Below are positions 13,911 to 25,463 of a stretch of 64,000 nt of DNA, piece by piece (position 1 is the stretch's first letter; the number at the start of each line of letters is the position of its first letter). The notes below the pieces were generated by a model. That model was not told the origin of the DNA, made no database searches, and saw only the letters and a list, made by a program, of their open reading frames with translations. Both the position numbers and the translations under genes were made by a program. The stretch covers positions 4,776,001-4,840,000 of the forward strand of contig NC_045697.1 in NCBI RefSeq assembly GCF_009834535.1, written 5' to 3'. The DNA comes from Camelus ferus. Taxonomy: Eukaryota.

Positions 13911-14579
13911 GATACCACGTGCCGCTTCAGCAGGTAGCAGGTGGTTAAAAGCTCTGACTTAGGGGTTCAGACAGGCTGGGCTTGAAGTCTACCCCCCCTG
14001 CTCACCCCTTGTGTGCCCCTGGACAAAGAACAGCCTTCCAGAGCCTTGATGTCCTCACTGGAAAATGAGGATAACGACAGTCAACACGCAGAGGCTTGGA
14101 GTGAGGATCCAGAAGCAAATGCCCACAAGCACCTGGCCCGGGGCCTGGCACCCAGGAAAGACTCTGACGTGTTACTTCCCTCTTCACACAAGGAGCCTGT
14201 CTCAATCACCAGCAGGATGCGACAACCTCAAACCTACCTACAAGCACCTTGCACGTGGTTAGTTTCAACCTATGTCGCACAAACTCCGGAAGTCACCTGC
14301 CAGGTGAGAGAGCCTGGCTTACCATTGCTGGGTTCATCTCCTTCTCACGTGGGCCAGGAGTAGGGGAACAAGACCATATTACCTTATCCCAGATCCCACC
14401 ACACTTTCTGCTTCTATGAGGTCAAAGCTGCAGGGTCCTAAAACACTGATCATATCACCGTTGATCGAATGACTGTCGGATGCTCCACATCTCCACACAA
14501 CATCTGATTCTACAACAGCTGTATGAAGCATCCGTTAATTCCGTCAGGTGGCCACCTGTGACCCATTCCCTCCACCTCC

Positions 14580-14770
14580 AGTATGGTGGCTTTGGGGTTA
14601 GACACACACCTATCCTTTTGGCAAGTTATTTTAACTTCTCTGTGCCTCAGTTTCCTCATCTGAAAAATGGGGACATTAATAGCACAAGCTCACAAAGCTG
14701 TCTTGGAGATTCAGTGAGATCATTCAGGTAGAGGGTCAGTGCCTGGCATACAGCCAGCATTCAATAAATG
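14580..14770. mobile_element. MIR SINE (representative; many others, e.g. ~2300-2490, 28560-28690, 29840-30050, 40910-41070, 59160-59350)
   Basis: MIR core TTAACTTCTCTGTGCCTCAGTTTCCTCATCTGAAAAATGGGGACATTAATAG. Confidence 0.8.
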
Positions 14771-15289
14771 CTAGTATTTTTCATTTCCCCATCACAGAAC
14801 TCATCAGGCTGTTATAATAAAACGTTTACTTGGAATCTGTCCATCTCTGTCTCCCTCTGAAGGCTGTGAACCTCCAGGGGCAGGCGCAGGGTCTTCCCCG
14901 CACATTGATGGGGCGTCTAAGCCTAGTGGCAGGCAGTAGAAGGTGCTCAGCAAACTTTTGGGTAAGTGTTGAGCGCATGCTGATGTAGCAGCGGGGGCTC
15001 CTGAGGGGCTAGCTGGGTGATCCACACAGCAAGGAAGCAGAACGGGCACCCAGGGGTGGGAATCCCCAGTCCTCCTGTCCACCGCGCTGAGCGGGACCCA
15101 CCAGTCCAAATCCTTGCTGTTACAGACGAGGAGACAGGCTCCCGGGCGTTCAGGGGCTAACGTCATCCAGCGCTGTTGGATGGTGCAGACACCTCTGGGG
15201 TACCCCAAGCCACAGCCTTCCCTCATTTGGCCGCTTCCCTCTGAAATCACAGTCTCCAGCCGCCTCTGGAGCACCCGGGGAACCCTGCC

Positions 15290-15930
15290 GCACAGGGCCC
15301 ATTGCGCACGATGCCCGCGAACACGCTCAAGTGGACGCAGAGCCGGGGCTGGAGCCCGGACCCCAGAGCCCGGACCCCAGAGCCGAGGAGGACCGCGCCG
15401 CGTGCACCCCCACACCCCGGCCTACCTGGTGCCGAGGCCGCGGGCGGGCGGCGCGGCAGCCCAGCCAGAGGCCGAGGCCGAGGCCGAGCGCGGCGCCCAG
15501 CAGCACGGCGGGGGCCAGCAGGGCGGGCGCCGGCCGCACCGCGTCCCGGCCCAGCAGCAGCCGCGCGTCGCTCCCGCAGGTCGCCGCACCGCGGGCCATC
15601 GGGGGCGCTCAGGCGGCCCGCCCGCCGCATCCTGCCCGCCGCCGCGCGCTGCCCGGGCCTGCCGCCCGGGGCACCATCCCCGCCAGGCCCGCGACGCCGG
15701 ATAGGGCCCCCCACCGTGGGCCAGGGGCGCGGGGCGCGCTCCGCCGACTTCTCCGGCCTGCGCAGCCTCCTTCCTCCCGCTCCTCTCCCCCTGCCCAGCG
15801 CGGCCCCGCGCAGGGCGGAGCCTGGACCCGCCGCCCAAACTTTGAGCCACCCCCGCCCCAGCCCTGCCTTTCCACTGAGCATGCCCCGCGGCGAGGGGCG
15901 CTTCTCAGCGAGGAGGGCCTTCGGGCAGGA
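15290..15930. promoter_or_regulatory. CpG island / EVC promoter and exon 1
   Basis: Very GC- and CpG-dense stretch over EVC exon 1; GC box CCCCGCCCC near 15851. Confidence 0.9.
15426..15599 (-). CDS. EVC: EVC coding exon 1 (58 codons, N-terminal signal-anchor/TM segment)
   Basis: Translates [58 protein letters not shown], nearly identical to the recalled human EVC N-terminus ([28 protein letters not shown]...). ATG at 15599-15597; donor CAG|GTAGG; 174 nt. Confidence 0.97.
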
Positions 15931-16069
15931 GTCTTGTTTTGCATCGGCTTCTTGACTTCCAGCGGGGAAGGGAACCCCAGCTACGGAGGAGGGCGTTGCT
16001 CAGTTAAGTTGCGTGCTTACGCTTTGTTAAGCTGTTAGCCTGACGACCTGAGTAACTTTAAAAAAAAAA

Positions 16070-16186
16070 TTTTTTTTAATTTTGGGGAGAGGAGATAATT
16101 GGGCTTATTTATTTATTTTTAATGGAGGTACTGGGGATTAAACACACGCATTCTACAACTGAGTTTTGCCGTGTCCCTACTCCCCC
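16070..16186 (-). mobile_element. tRNA-derived SINE of the same family, internally deleted, in the divergent promoter
   Basis: Shares GGAGGTACTGGGGATT and the GGGGAG..TAATT.GG.TT tail with the 36.0-kb copy; about 20 nt of the middle is missing. Confidence 0.72.
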
Positions 16187-16636
16187 CACCCCCCTTTCTT
16201 CACAGCCTTCTGAGATGGGTACCATTTATGCACCCATGCTCAGGGTCAGAGCTAAGTGACCCAATCAGGTCTGACTCAGCCTTACTGCTGACCTCTACTG
16301 ATTGGCCATCCTTGGGCCACACAGCCTGTAAACTTGTTTGCCTGAAAAACTCCTGTTTTAATACTTTTTTTTTCCAGGGATAGTCACTGCTTTCTCCTAA
16401 GACAATGCATTTGGAGACTGTTACACCCAGCCCCTGCTGGAGACACTGCCGGGTCATTCCTTCACTCAGCATTTACACAGAACCTACTGTTTGAACCAGC
16501 ATCAGGCCAGTGACCAATCAGACAAGGCCCAGGCAGTGAGGAGCTGACGGCTCTGTGGGGAGATAGTCAGATGAGTTCAGCATCTCTTCTGTCTTTTAGC
16601 AAATTTACTGATGCAAGCTCTTGTTCTGGGTCCTGG

Positions 16637-16754
<118 letters not shown>

Positions 16755-18079
16755 CCTACCATTTGGAGCTTAATTTCCTACAAGGGCCAGAGCATGGGGA
16801 TCTGTTTCAACAGAGAGGGTTTTTGTGTTCTTAAACTGGACGTCCAGCTCAAGTTTCTGGGTTTTTTTTTTTTTTCAATCATTTCCTCAGCAACTCTTCC
16901 AAGTTGGCAAGATGAGAACATCACATAGATTTACTCTTTATAGATGAAGAAGCTGATAACTAGAGAGGAGAACGGCTGACTCAGTCTGGTGGTAGGAAGT
17001 GGGACAGATAGATGCACTCACACCTGTGTTTGTCTGGCTTCACACTCTCTGCCACACTGTGCTTCTTAGATGTTTCCTTAGGCACATCTTCAAGGCTCCG
17101 GGGAATGTGTATGAGGGCAGTAACCTGAAGTTCTTACTTTATGACAGCGATTTCTTTGGATGCTCAGGCTTCAGTTTTAAAAATGTAGTGTTCTTTGCAT
17201 TTTTCTTTATTATAAAGCCGTTTGAATATCGAAACCATCCTTTAAACTACTCACTAATAGAATTCGTGCTCCAGCAATTATCTCACTCCTGGCCCACTGC
17301 TTAGTACCCCCAGTGTACCCCACATGGAAAGCTTGGCTAATAAGTTCTCAGATTCCCAAATCCCATCATCTTGTCCCTGTTGAGTCAGGGAGTCAGAGAA
17401 GGCCTGTCCTTGGAGGGACAGGGGAAAAAAAGGCCGATAGGTGCCAGGCTTCCTGGCCTGAGGCTGCCGACAGTATAACAGGCCCCGTGCAGGAGGCTGA
17501 AGAGGTGTCAGCTGTCACTGTGGGCCCAGGGGACTGACAGCCCTACCCTATGGAGAGTTCAGGGAGTTTGCGGAGCTGCTGCCTCCTGGCTCAGGAGGCC
17601 AGGTTCTGCAGAGAGGTCTCACAGTGCCCGGACTGACTCCCTGCTCTCCTCCACCCTCCCGCTCCCAGGGTGGGGGTAGGTTCTTGGGCAGGTGCAGGGG
17701 CGAAGCCATAGCAAGGGCTCAGGCAGTGGGAACCTGACTGGGTTGAACTGAACCCAACAGGACACGAAAAGTGGCCTTTCTCTCTGGCATCTGAGCTTCC
17801 AGTTTCCCTCCCAGCCCAGCTGCTCGCTGTTCTGTACCCTCAGGGCCCTCCAGGACACGCGGCACTGCCTCTCCAAAAGTTTCTCAGTTATTTAATCGGG
17901 GGCTGGTGGGCCTGGGGAGATGCGCGATTCAGCCCGGTGTGTCTCAAGGAAGGCTTGCTGGAAGAGGTGAGTCTGAGTTGAGACTCAGAGAACTGAGAAG
18001 GCAGTACTGGAGAGGCACTGGGAGCCCCTAAAGTCTTTGGGAGCAGGAGTCACCCGATCTGATTTTGGGAGTGTCCCCG

Positions 18080-18790
18080 GATGGGGCGCGAGCAAACCGA
18101 AGTGCGGCCGCGCCAGCCTCGCTCCCTCCCTCCCGCGTCCGTCTCGGTCCCGGGCCGCCTCCGGGCCCGCCAAGCCCAGAGGCCGGAGTCTGTTCCAGAA
18201 AACTTTCCGCGGAGGCTCGCACTGAGCATGCTCGGCGGCGGGGCGGGCCTGGGGTCCGGAAGCTGCCCCGACTCCGCCTGTACCCGCGAATTTGGGGGTC
18301 GCTGGTCCCCGGCGGGAGATGGGCACCCGGGGGCGCGCCACGTGGGTGCTGGCTGGGGGCCTCCTGGCCGCCGCCTCGGCGCTGCTCGCGGAGCCCGAGG
18401 ACCGAGGACGGCCCGCCGCGGGCCCAGGCCCCTTCCGGCGCCCCCTCGGCGCGCAGCCTCCCGCGGGTGCCCCCGCGGCTCCCGGGGCGGGGCCCGAGCG
18501 CAGCGCGCAGGTGAGGAGCGCCGGCCCCCCCATCTCAGGTCTGACTCGGGCGTTTTGGCTTCACCCACACCGGGGGCGGGGAGGCCCCGTCGGGTGGGGA
18601 AATTACCCGAAAGGGAGGGCGGGATCCGAGGATGCGTCGCATGTTCCTTAGTGGATCCCGCTTTGGGCCGGAAAACTCCCCGGTTGGGCGGAGACAGCGA
18701 TGTGGCAACTGCGGGCTTGGACTTTGTTGGCGGCCGGTTCGAGCCCGCTCTGCAGCCCGAGGGCTCTGTGACCTCGGGCAGGTCGCTTCG
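18080..18790. promoter_or_regulatory. CpG island / EVC2 promoter and exon 1
   Basis: GC/CpG-dense stretch; GC box GGGGCGGGC near 18240 and ETS-like CCGGAAGC near 18256, just upstream of the ATG. Confidence 0.9.
18319..18510 (+). CDS. EVC2: EVC2 (limbin) coding exon 1, signal peptide
   Basis: GGGAG ATG G strong Kozak context. Encodes MGTRGRATWVLAGGLLAAASALLAEPEDRGRPAAGPGPFRRPLGAQPPAGAPAAPGAGPERSAQ, resembling human RGRPTWVLAGGLL...RPLGAQPP...GAGPESSTQ. Donor CAG|GTGAGG; 192 nt. Confidence 0.93.
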
Positions 18791-20059
18791 CTTCTTGTAC
18801 CTCGGTACCCTGATCTGTAAGCCACCGCAGGGCCTCCCCTGGAGGGTCAAGGTGAGAGTTTAGAGGAGTTCATGCGTGTTGAGCAGCTTACACAGGTCAG
18901 TGCCCCACCAGAGTGTAGCGGCTGACAAAAAACAGCTGGACTGTTGGCCGGAGTTCTATGTGACTGCAGATTTAACCTCTTTCCCCTTCACCCTGCCCCT
19001 GCCTCTGTGGTCCCTTACTGGGAAGGCTCAGAGCTCTGGCTGTCACCCTAGATTTCCCCTCCTCCTCCACCCAAAACTGGTCACCAGTCCTACTGCCTTT
19101 TCCTCTTAATCAGCTCTGATACCTGCCCCTCCCCCTCCTCCACTGCATCCCTAGGTTCACTCCCCACCCCTCAGCCTCTGGCCTTTGAGGTTGGTTCCTA
19201 TGGGTCGCCCCCACCCTCTAATTTGTGCTTTTTTCCATCCATTTCCCCAGGCCTCTAGGTGACTTGTCCAGGGCGTACACCTGACTGCTTCCCTCCCCTG
19301 CTTACACACCTTGCACCCTGACCCCTGTAACAAACCCAGGCTTCTGTTCCCGGGAACATCTGTCCAGCGATCTGGCCCATCGCTTCCCCAGGGTCCTCCC
19401 TCCCAGCCCTCCCCGAGGGCCTGGCTCCTCTTGTCCTGTTGAGTTCTCTACCTTTAGCCCCAGTACCTGCTACACTTGCTAGAGGTTTTTTAGGTCTCTT
19501 AAATGAAATTTCCCCTCACTTTCTATTATTGTTAGATTTTCAGTAGACAAGGCAAAATAATAATACTCTGTCAATTTACTGAGCTTTTATAAAGCTCACG
19601 ACTGAATATTTTCACAAAGTCCTTTCACCTACTCCTGTCCAGTGAGGTGGAAAGTATCTGGCCCATTTTGCTGATGAGAAGACTAAAGTCCAGGGGGCCT
19701 GTCCGGTTCTTTCCTTTGGGAAGCCAGTGCCAGTCCTTTCTGGTGAATATTTGTTGCTAGGCTCTTCAAGACAGTGCTTTGAACACCAGAACACATATGC
19801 TCATGTCAACATATTATCTATCCTCTCCTGCAAAGGGGGAGCCAATAGCCAGTTACAGCCATCTCCCAGATGTTCTAAAAATGCTATGACCAATACAGGA
19901 GCCCTGGCCACGCTGTTTCAGGTCCTCCAAGGCCCCGTGTGCTGGCAGCTGCCGTATTGGACAGCCCAGACCATAGAGCGTTGCCAGGGTTGCAGGAAGT
20001 CCTATTGGAAACTCCTTGCAAGGAGAGAAGCAGTGAAGGGTTGAGTAGACAAGAGGTTT

Positions 20060-21300
20060 CTGAGTGTTTATGGAAGGCCCTGTGTGTCCCAGACTCTCTT
20101 CTGGGTGCTTGAGATAGAAGAGAACAGGCAGTCTCTGTTCTTAAGGAACCTGCACTCGCGGGGCAGGAGGAAGACGCTAACGGCATTAACCTGTAGTGTG
20201 GCAGTTGTGGTTCAGGCTGTGGAGAGAAATGCGTCGGGCAAAGTGGGCTGAGAGAGAGGGCCTTGGTCCAGACGGGGTGGTCGTGGAGGATGCTTTGAGG
20301 AGCTGACAGGTGAGCAGAGCCCTGGATGGAATGATGGAGGGGCTTGGGTGCTGCTTCGAGAAAAGCATTTCAGAGTGAGATGGCAGTGAGGACAAAAGGA
20401 TGTGCTTCGTGGGGTCCAGGACCAGCCAGGAAGCTGGTGTGGTAGGGGCAGAGGGTGGGGTGGGGGGAGGGGAGGGGGAAGTGCTGAGGCCAGAGGGTAA
20501 GGAGGGGCCAGATCAGGAGGCCCGGTGGGTCATGTTTAAGACTGGTTGTTATTTTGAATTAGATGGAAGCCAGGGATGGGTTTTGAGCAGAAAAGTGACC
20601 GGCTCTGAGTCGTCTTTTTAAAGCATCCCTGTGGCAGGTGTGAGGACAGAGGACAGAGGTAGAAGTAAAAACCGAGAGAGGAGGCAGGTAGGGGACCAGG
20701 CAGACAGTGGAGATGAAGAGGACCAGGGAGATTCGTGGAGAGAGCTGCCGAGAAGTTGTTGAATTTGGGGTGTATTGTGAAGGCAGAGCCGGGGGAGTGT
20801 GCTGGGATTGAATGTGAGTTGAGAGAGAGAAAGAGAAGTCAAGGATGAAACCAAGGACTTGGGCTTCAGCAGATGGAAGAACAGAGATACCATTAACTAA
20901 TATGTGGAAGCCTCGGGGAGGCAGCCAGGAATTCTTATTTGGTCCTGTTGAGTTTGACAGGCCTGTGAGGCATGGAGGTAGGGGTGCACAGGAGGGTGGT
21001 GGGTGAGTGAGTCTGGATCTGGGGGAGAAATCTGAGCTGGAGAGCTGCTATACCGGGGAGTGGTCAGGGTACATGCCTTTAACCCCGGAGGGCCTGGCTG
21101 AGTTCCCTGGGGGTAAGTATTGATTGGGAAGACTGAGGTCTTTGGACAGGGCCCTGGAGAGCGCCTGGGCTGGGCCAGGCCAGGAAGAAGAAAAGATCGA
21201 TCGAACAAAGGAGATGAGAAAGTGTGGCTGATTTTGCAGGAAGGAAACCGAGGCTGTGACCCACAGGTCAAGGGAGGAAGGTGCTTCAGGGAGAGGGGCT
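20060..21300 (-). mobile_element. LINE-2 fragment (others near 10560-11000 and 52440-52900)
   Basis: GA-rich L2-type sequence (GAAGTCAAGGATGAAACCAAGG, GTTGAGTTTGACAGGCCTGTGAGGCAT). Boundaries approximate. Confidence 0.7.
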
Positions 21301-21302
21301 CG

Positions 21303-21790
21303 CAATAGGCAGCACAACGGCTCCCCTACCTCCTGACCCCTGGAGCCTGGGAACGTGTCACATCACAGGGCAAAGGGAGACAAACGTTGCAGATGGAGGC
21401 TGCTAATCAGCTGACCTTATCACAGGGAGGTTACCCTGGGTTATCCTGGTGGTCCCAGTGTAATCCCAAGGGTCCTTACAAGTGGAAGAAGGAGGCAGGA
21501 GAGAGTCAGAAAGAGATGTGAGATTAGAAGGTCAGAGGGATCCAATGTGAGGCCTCAACCTGCTGCTGCTGGCTTTGAAGATAGAGGAAGGGCCATAAGT
21601 TAGGAGTGCAGGCTGCCTCTAAGGCTGGAAGAGGCTCTCCCAGAATGCAGCCCTGCAGACACTTTGATTTTAACACAGTGAGAGCCACGTTGGACTCGTG
21701 ACTTCCAGAACAGTACAGTAATAAACGTGTGTTGGTTTTAAGCCACTCGGTCTGTGGTGGTTTGTTACGGCAGCCGTGGGATGCTAAGAC
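21303..21790 (+). mobile_element. MaLR solo LTR (MLT1D-like) inserted in an L2
   Basis: GCTAATCAGCTGACCTT...GCTGGCTTTGAAGATAGAGGAAGGGCCA...TTTAAGCCACT...TTTGTTACGGCAGC...CTAAGACA. Confidence 0.8.
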
Positions 21791-23150
21791 ACTCACACAT
21801 CCAGGGCTGCTGGTGGTGAGTCGTGTGCAGTAAGAGTGGAGACCTGGCCATGACATGAGGCCTTGTAGACGTTATGGTGACCTTGTCAGGAGCTGTGTCA
21901 CCCTGGAGAGAGGGATCACCAGGAGGGGAAGGCTGGACACTGGAGGATGATGTTGACTGGCGGCTGGCATGGTCTCTGTGGGAGCAGGCGGCTCACGGTG
22001 GCCAAGGAGCCCCCGGAGAGGCACCCTCAAGCTAGTGACCGCTAGGAACTTGTGAGACCTCAGGGAGCCACAGCCAAGTGTCCCTGGCACTAGGGCCACC
22101 AGGGGGCTCCCTGGGAACCTGGGATCCTGCCCCTCCCCCTCGAGTAGAACCTAATGTCGGGAAGGAGGCCTTTGTCCCTCTGGGGGTCTGGGCAGCGTCT
22201 GCTTTGCTCACCACGTGGTGCCTAGCACAGAGCCTGCTGTGCGTAAAATGCTGGGTGAAAAAATGGATGGAAAGTTCCAGGGGCAGGGGCGGCACAGGTG
22301 GATGGTTGTGTGGGGGCGGGGTGCACCATGGCGCCACCGTTCACCCCAGAGACCTCACAAATGAATTTTAGGTGTTTGTTTTTTTGTTAACAGATTTCAG
22401 TTTTTAGAACAGTTTTAGATATTAGAAAAATTGTACACATGGTAAAGAAAATTCATATGTATCCCCTCCAATGCACACAGTTTCCTTTATTATTAACATC
22501 TTACATTAGTAAAGTACATTTATTGCAGTTAATGGTCTAACTGATTGATATAATTGATATATTATTGTGAAAGTCCATAGTTTATTTGGATTTCCTTAGT
22601 TTTTTTTTTTTTGCCCAACGTCCTCTGTCCCAGGGTCCCATCCAGGACACGCATCCCATGTAGGCGCCTCTCGGCCGGGACAGTTCCTCAGACTTTCTTG
22701 TTTTGATGACCTTGGCAGTCTGGAGGAGGACTGGTCAGGGATTTTGTAGGGTGCCATCTGCTGGGATTTGTCTGAGTATGTGCTAGCAACCTGATTCATT
22801 ACTGTTGGTGTTGACCTTGAACTCTTGACTGGACTAGCATTTCTCCACCATGAAACCAGCCTGCACTGTACTTGTTAGAAGGAGGTCACTGTGTTAGAAG
22901 GAGCAGCCTGGATGGATGTTCTTAAGATTTTTTTCCTGCCAGATGGCAGCAAAAACATATTCCATCCACATCAGTGTCTGACACGCAGCATTCTTCTTCT
23001 GAAGAAGAGGCACCTCTTTCTACCTTGTGGAAGACTATAGACTAGTGGTTGTCCTGGCCACACACACCTGTTCCAGAAGGACTTGGGGACAACGTTTGCA
23101 TTGGGCATGAGGGACCTGGGAGACCCCAAAGGAACAGGCATGACTCCCAT

Positions 23151-23687
23151 TGTTACCCTAAAAGAGGAAGGAAAAAGACCTCAGTTTTTGTCTTACCTGA
23201 AAGAGAAGAATTCAGACAGGAGCAAAAGATTTTAAAGGTTTTCTTAGCAAAGGAGGAGTACGCCTCCAAGAACGGGGTGCGGGCTGATCCAGGGGCCGAC
23301 GGCAGTGGTCTTTGTTTGGCCCCCTGTCTTGTACCCTCGCTTAGAGGTGGTCTCTTGGTTGATTGGCAGCTCTTGCCCCTGGAGTGCTTGGTCATGATCG
23401 TCCCGTTTGGTGCATGTCCTTACCCATGATGCACATAGGAAAGCCCACAAGGGGGCCCAAACCGCCATGCTAATTACATTACAGTGAGCATTAGGTCATG
23501 TCCGGTTAGGTCCTCAACGCTACTGCACAGTGAGGGCTTTCGGGTTCTAACCAGTTTCTTGCTGGCACTCATTTAGTGGAAGTAAAAGTTCCTTTATGCT
23601 GAAGGTAGGCATACTGCCATCCTCCAGACCATCCTCCCTGACCTCCACCTATCTGCCCGGTGCCCCCACTTATCTAACTACCTGACA
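23151..23687 (-). mobile_element. ERV1-type solo LTR with 4-bp TSD
   Basis: Begins TGTTA, ends TGACA, flanked by CCAT at 23147-50 and 23688-91; 537 nt. Family not identified. Confidence 0.72.
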
Positions 23688-23874
23688 CCATCACTTAGTC
23701 TTTGTTATTATTGTTGTTGCAATGACGCATGGGTGTGATTCTCCTCCTGCCAGAAATGAAGCAATACGGGTGGCCTGCAGGCAAGGGAGTCTCCAGCCGC
23801 TGGCTGCTCACACCCTCGTTCCCCAAGGTCCCCAAGGCTAACACTTCAGCGTACACCTTGCTAGGCTTTTAAAA

Positions 23875-24120
23875 ATAAGTTATGATATATGATATTATAT
23901 TTTATACTGTTAAATATGTAATTATTTATTAAATGTATAACTAGTATTAAATATGTTATTAAATATCTATATACATCTTCCAAATTATTAAATACATAAA
24001 CACATAAGTATATATAATAAAGTAACTATAAACAAATGTGATTTATATGAAAAGTACGTGAGATAAATACATAATATATAATTGTAAATGTATGCTAATA
24101 TATTCAATGTATAAAAATGC
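23875..24120. repeat. AT-rich low-complexity tract
   Basis: Nearly all A/T, degenerate (TA)n. Confidence 0.8.
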
Positions 24121-24748
24121 CATTTTTCTTAAACAGCATCATATTAGTCATAATTTTTCAACCTACTGACTTCACTTGACATATGTTAGAGTTTCCTCTA
24201 GGTAAACATAGATCTGCCACATTTGTTTATTTGCTTATTCATGTTTGTAAGTGTGGTAAAATGCACATCACAAAATTGACCACGGTAACCGTTTTTAGGC
24301 GTGTAGTTTAGCACCGGTAAATACATTCACAGTCCTGCACTCGCATCTCCAGAGCTCTTTTCATCTTGTGAAACTGAAGCTCTGTCCCCCTTAATCAACA
24401 ATCCCCCATCCCACCTCCCCCAGTCCCTGGCAGCCGCCATCCTATCTCTGTCTCTGAATTTGACAGACCTCCCGCAAGCGGAGTCATACACTCTGTCTTT
24501 TTGTGACTGGCTTATTTCTCTTGGCCTGGTGTCCTCAGGTTTCATCCTTGCTACAGCAGGTGACAAGATTTCCTTCCTTTTTAAGGCTGAATCATAGTCC
24601 CTTGTATGCCTGGACCACTTTTGCTTATCCATCTATCCTAGGTTGCTTACACCTTTTGTCTTTTGTGAATAATGCTGCTGTGAACATGAATGTACAAATA
24701 GCTCTTTGTGGCCCTGCTTTCAGACCTTTTGGGTAAGTCCCTACATGC

Positions 24749-25463
24749 TGTAAGGAATAATCATGTAGCTTAAATGGGGTGTTTTGATGATCAGTCAGGT
24801 GTGGAGACAGAGTAACACCCCGAAGAGGCGCACGAAAGTGGAAGATTGATTACATCCACCACGCCTAAGGCATACTACACCCGGGGCCAGGGCGGGGCTG
24901 GGGGTTGCTCAGCCAGGAGTGGAGGCAGCTGGAGGACCTGTGGGCCGGCGCCTTTATCGGGGGTCAGGGGAGTGTGTAAGCAAAGGGCAGAAGGGTGTTT
25001 CCCTGGTGCCTTCGTTATGAGACCAGCAGTCAAGAGGGCAGGAAGGGGAGCTTGTGGCCGGACCCGCCTTCTCACCCTGGTGCCGCTGGGCATCTGGGAG
25101 GGGGCTCATGATCTGATCGTGGGGGTGTCAGGGCAGCAGGAAAATGTGAACTTGTGTTTATTTATTTATCTATTTATTTATTACTATGATTACACATATT
25201 ATATATTATTTTTATTTTACTATGTATTGATACATTAGGAATTATTTCTTATTTCTTATGTAATATGTTACTACGTTATTTAATTTTATTTTTATTGTTA
25301 TTTATGTCATGTCTTATATAATATTTTATATTATATTATTTATATCATATAATATGCAATATTTTATTATGTTATTAATATTATAAATATTATGTATCAT
25401 TAAGTTATTCTATATATTTATTTATATACTTATTTATTCAAAGTTTTAAAAAAGTGCAGTACA
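24749..25463. mobile_element. Probable old ERVL-type solo LTR inserted in an L1 3' fragment, containing an AT-rich expansion
   Basis: TGTAAGGAA...AGTACA ends. L1 3'UTR-like sequence (TTTTGGGTAAGTCCCT ... TTGCTGGATCATA) resumes on either side. Confidence 0.45.
25155..25445. repeat. AT-rich (TTA/TAT)n low-complexity tract
   Basis: Degenerate TTATTTA/TATTAT repeats. Confidence 0.8.

Noticed and set aside
14804..16038. Several 200+ aa ORFs on both strands
   Set aside because: Stop-poor shadow frames of the CpG island, rich in R/P/G/A. Only the EVC frame has recognisable homology.
17985..18863. 260-266 aa ORFs over EVC2 exon 1
   Set aside because: Same GC-rich artefact; only 18319-18510 matches EVC2.
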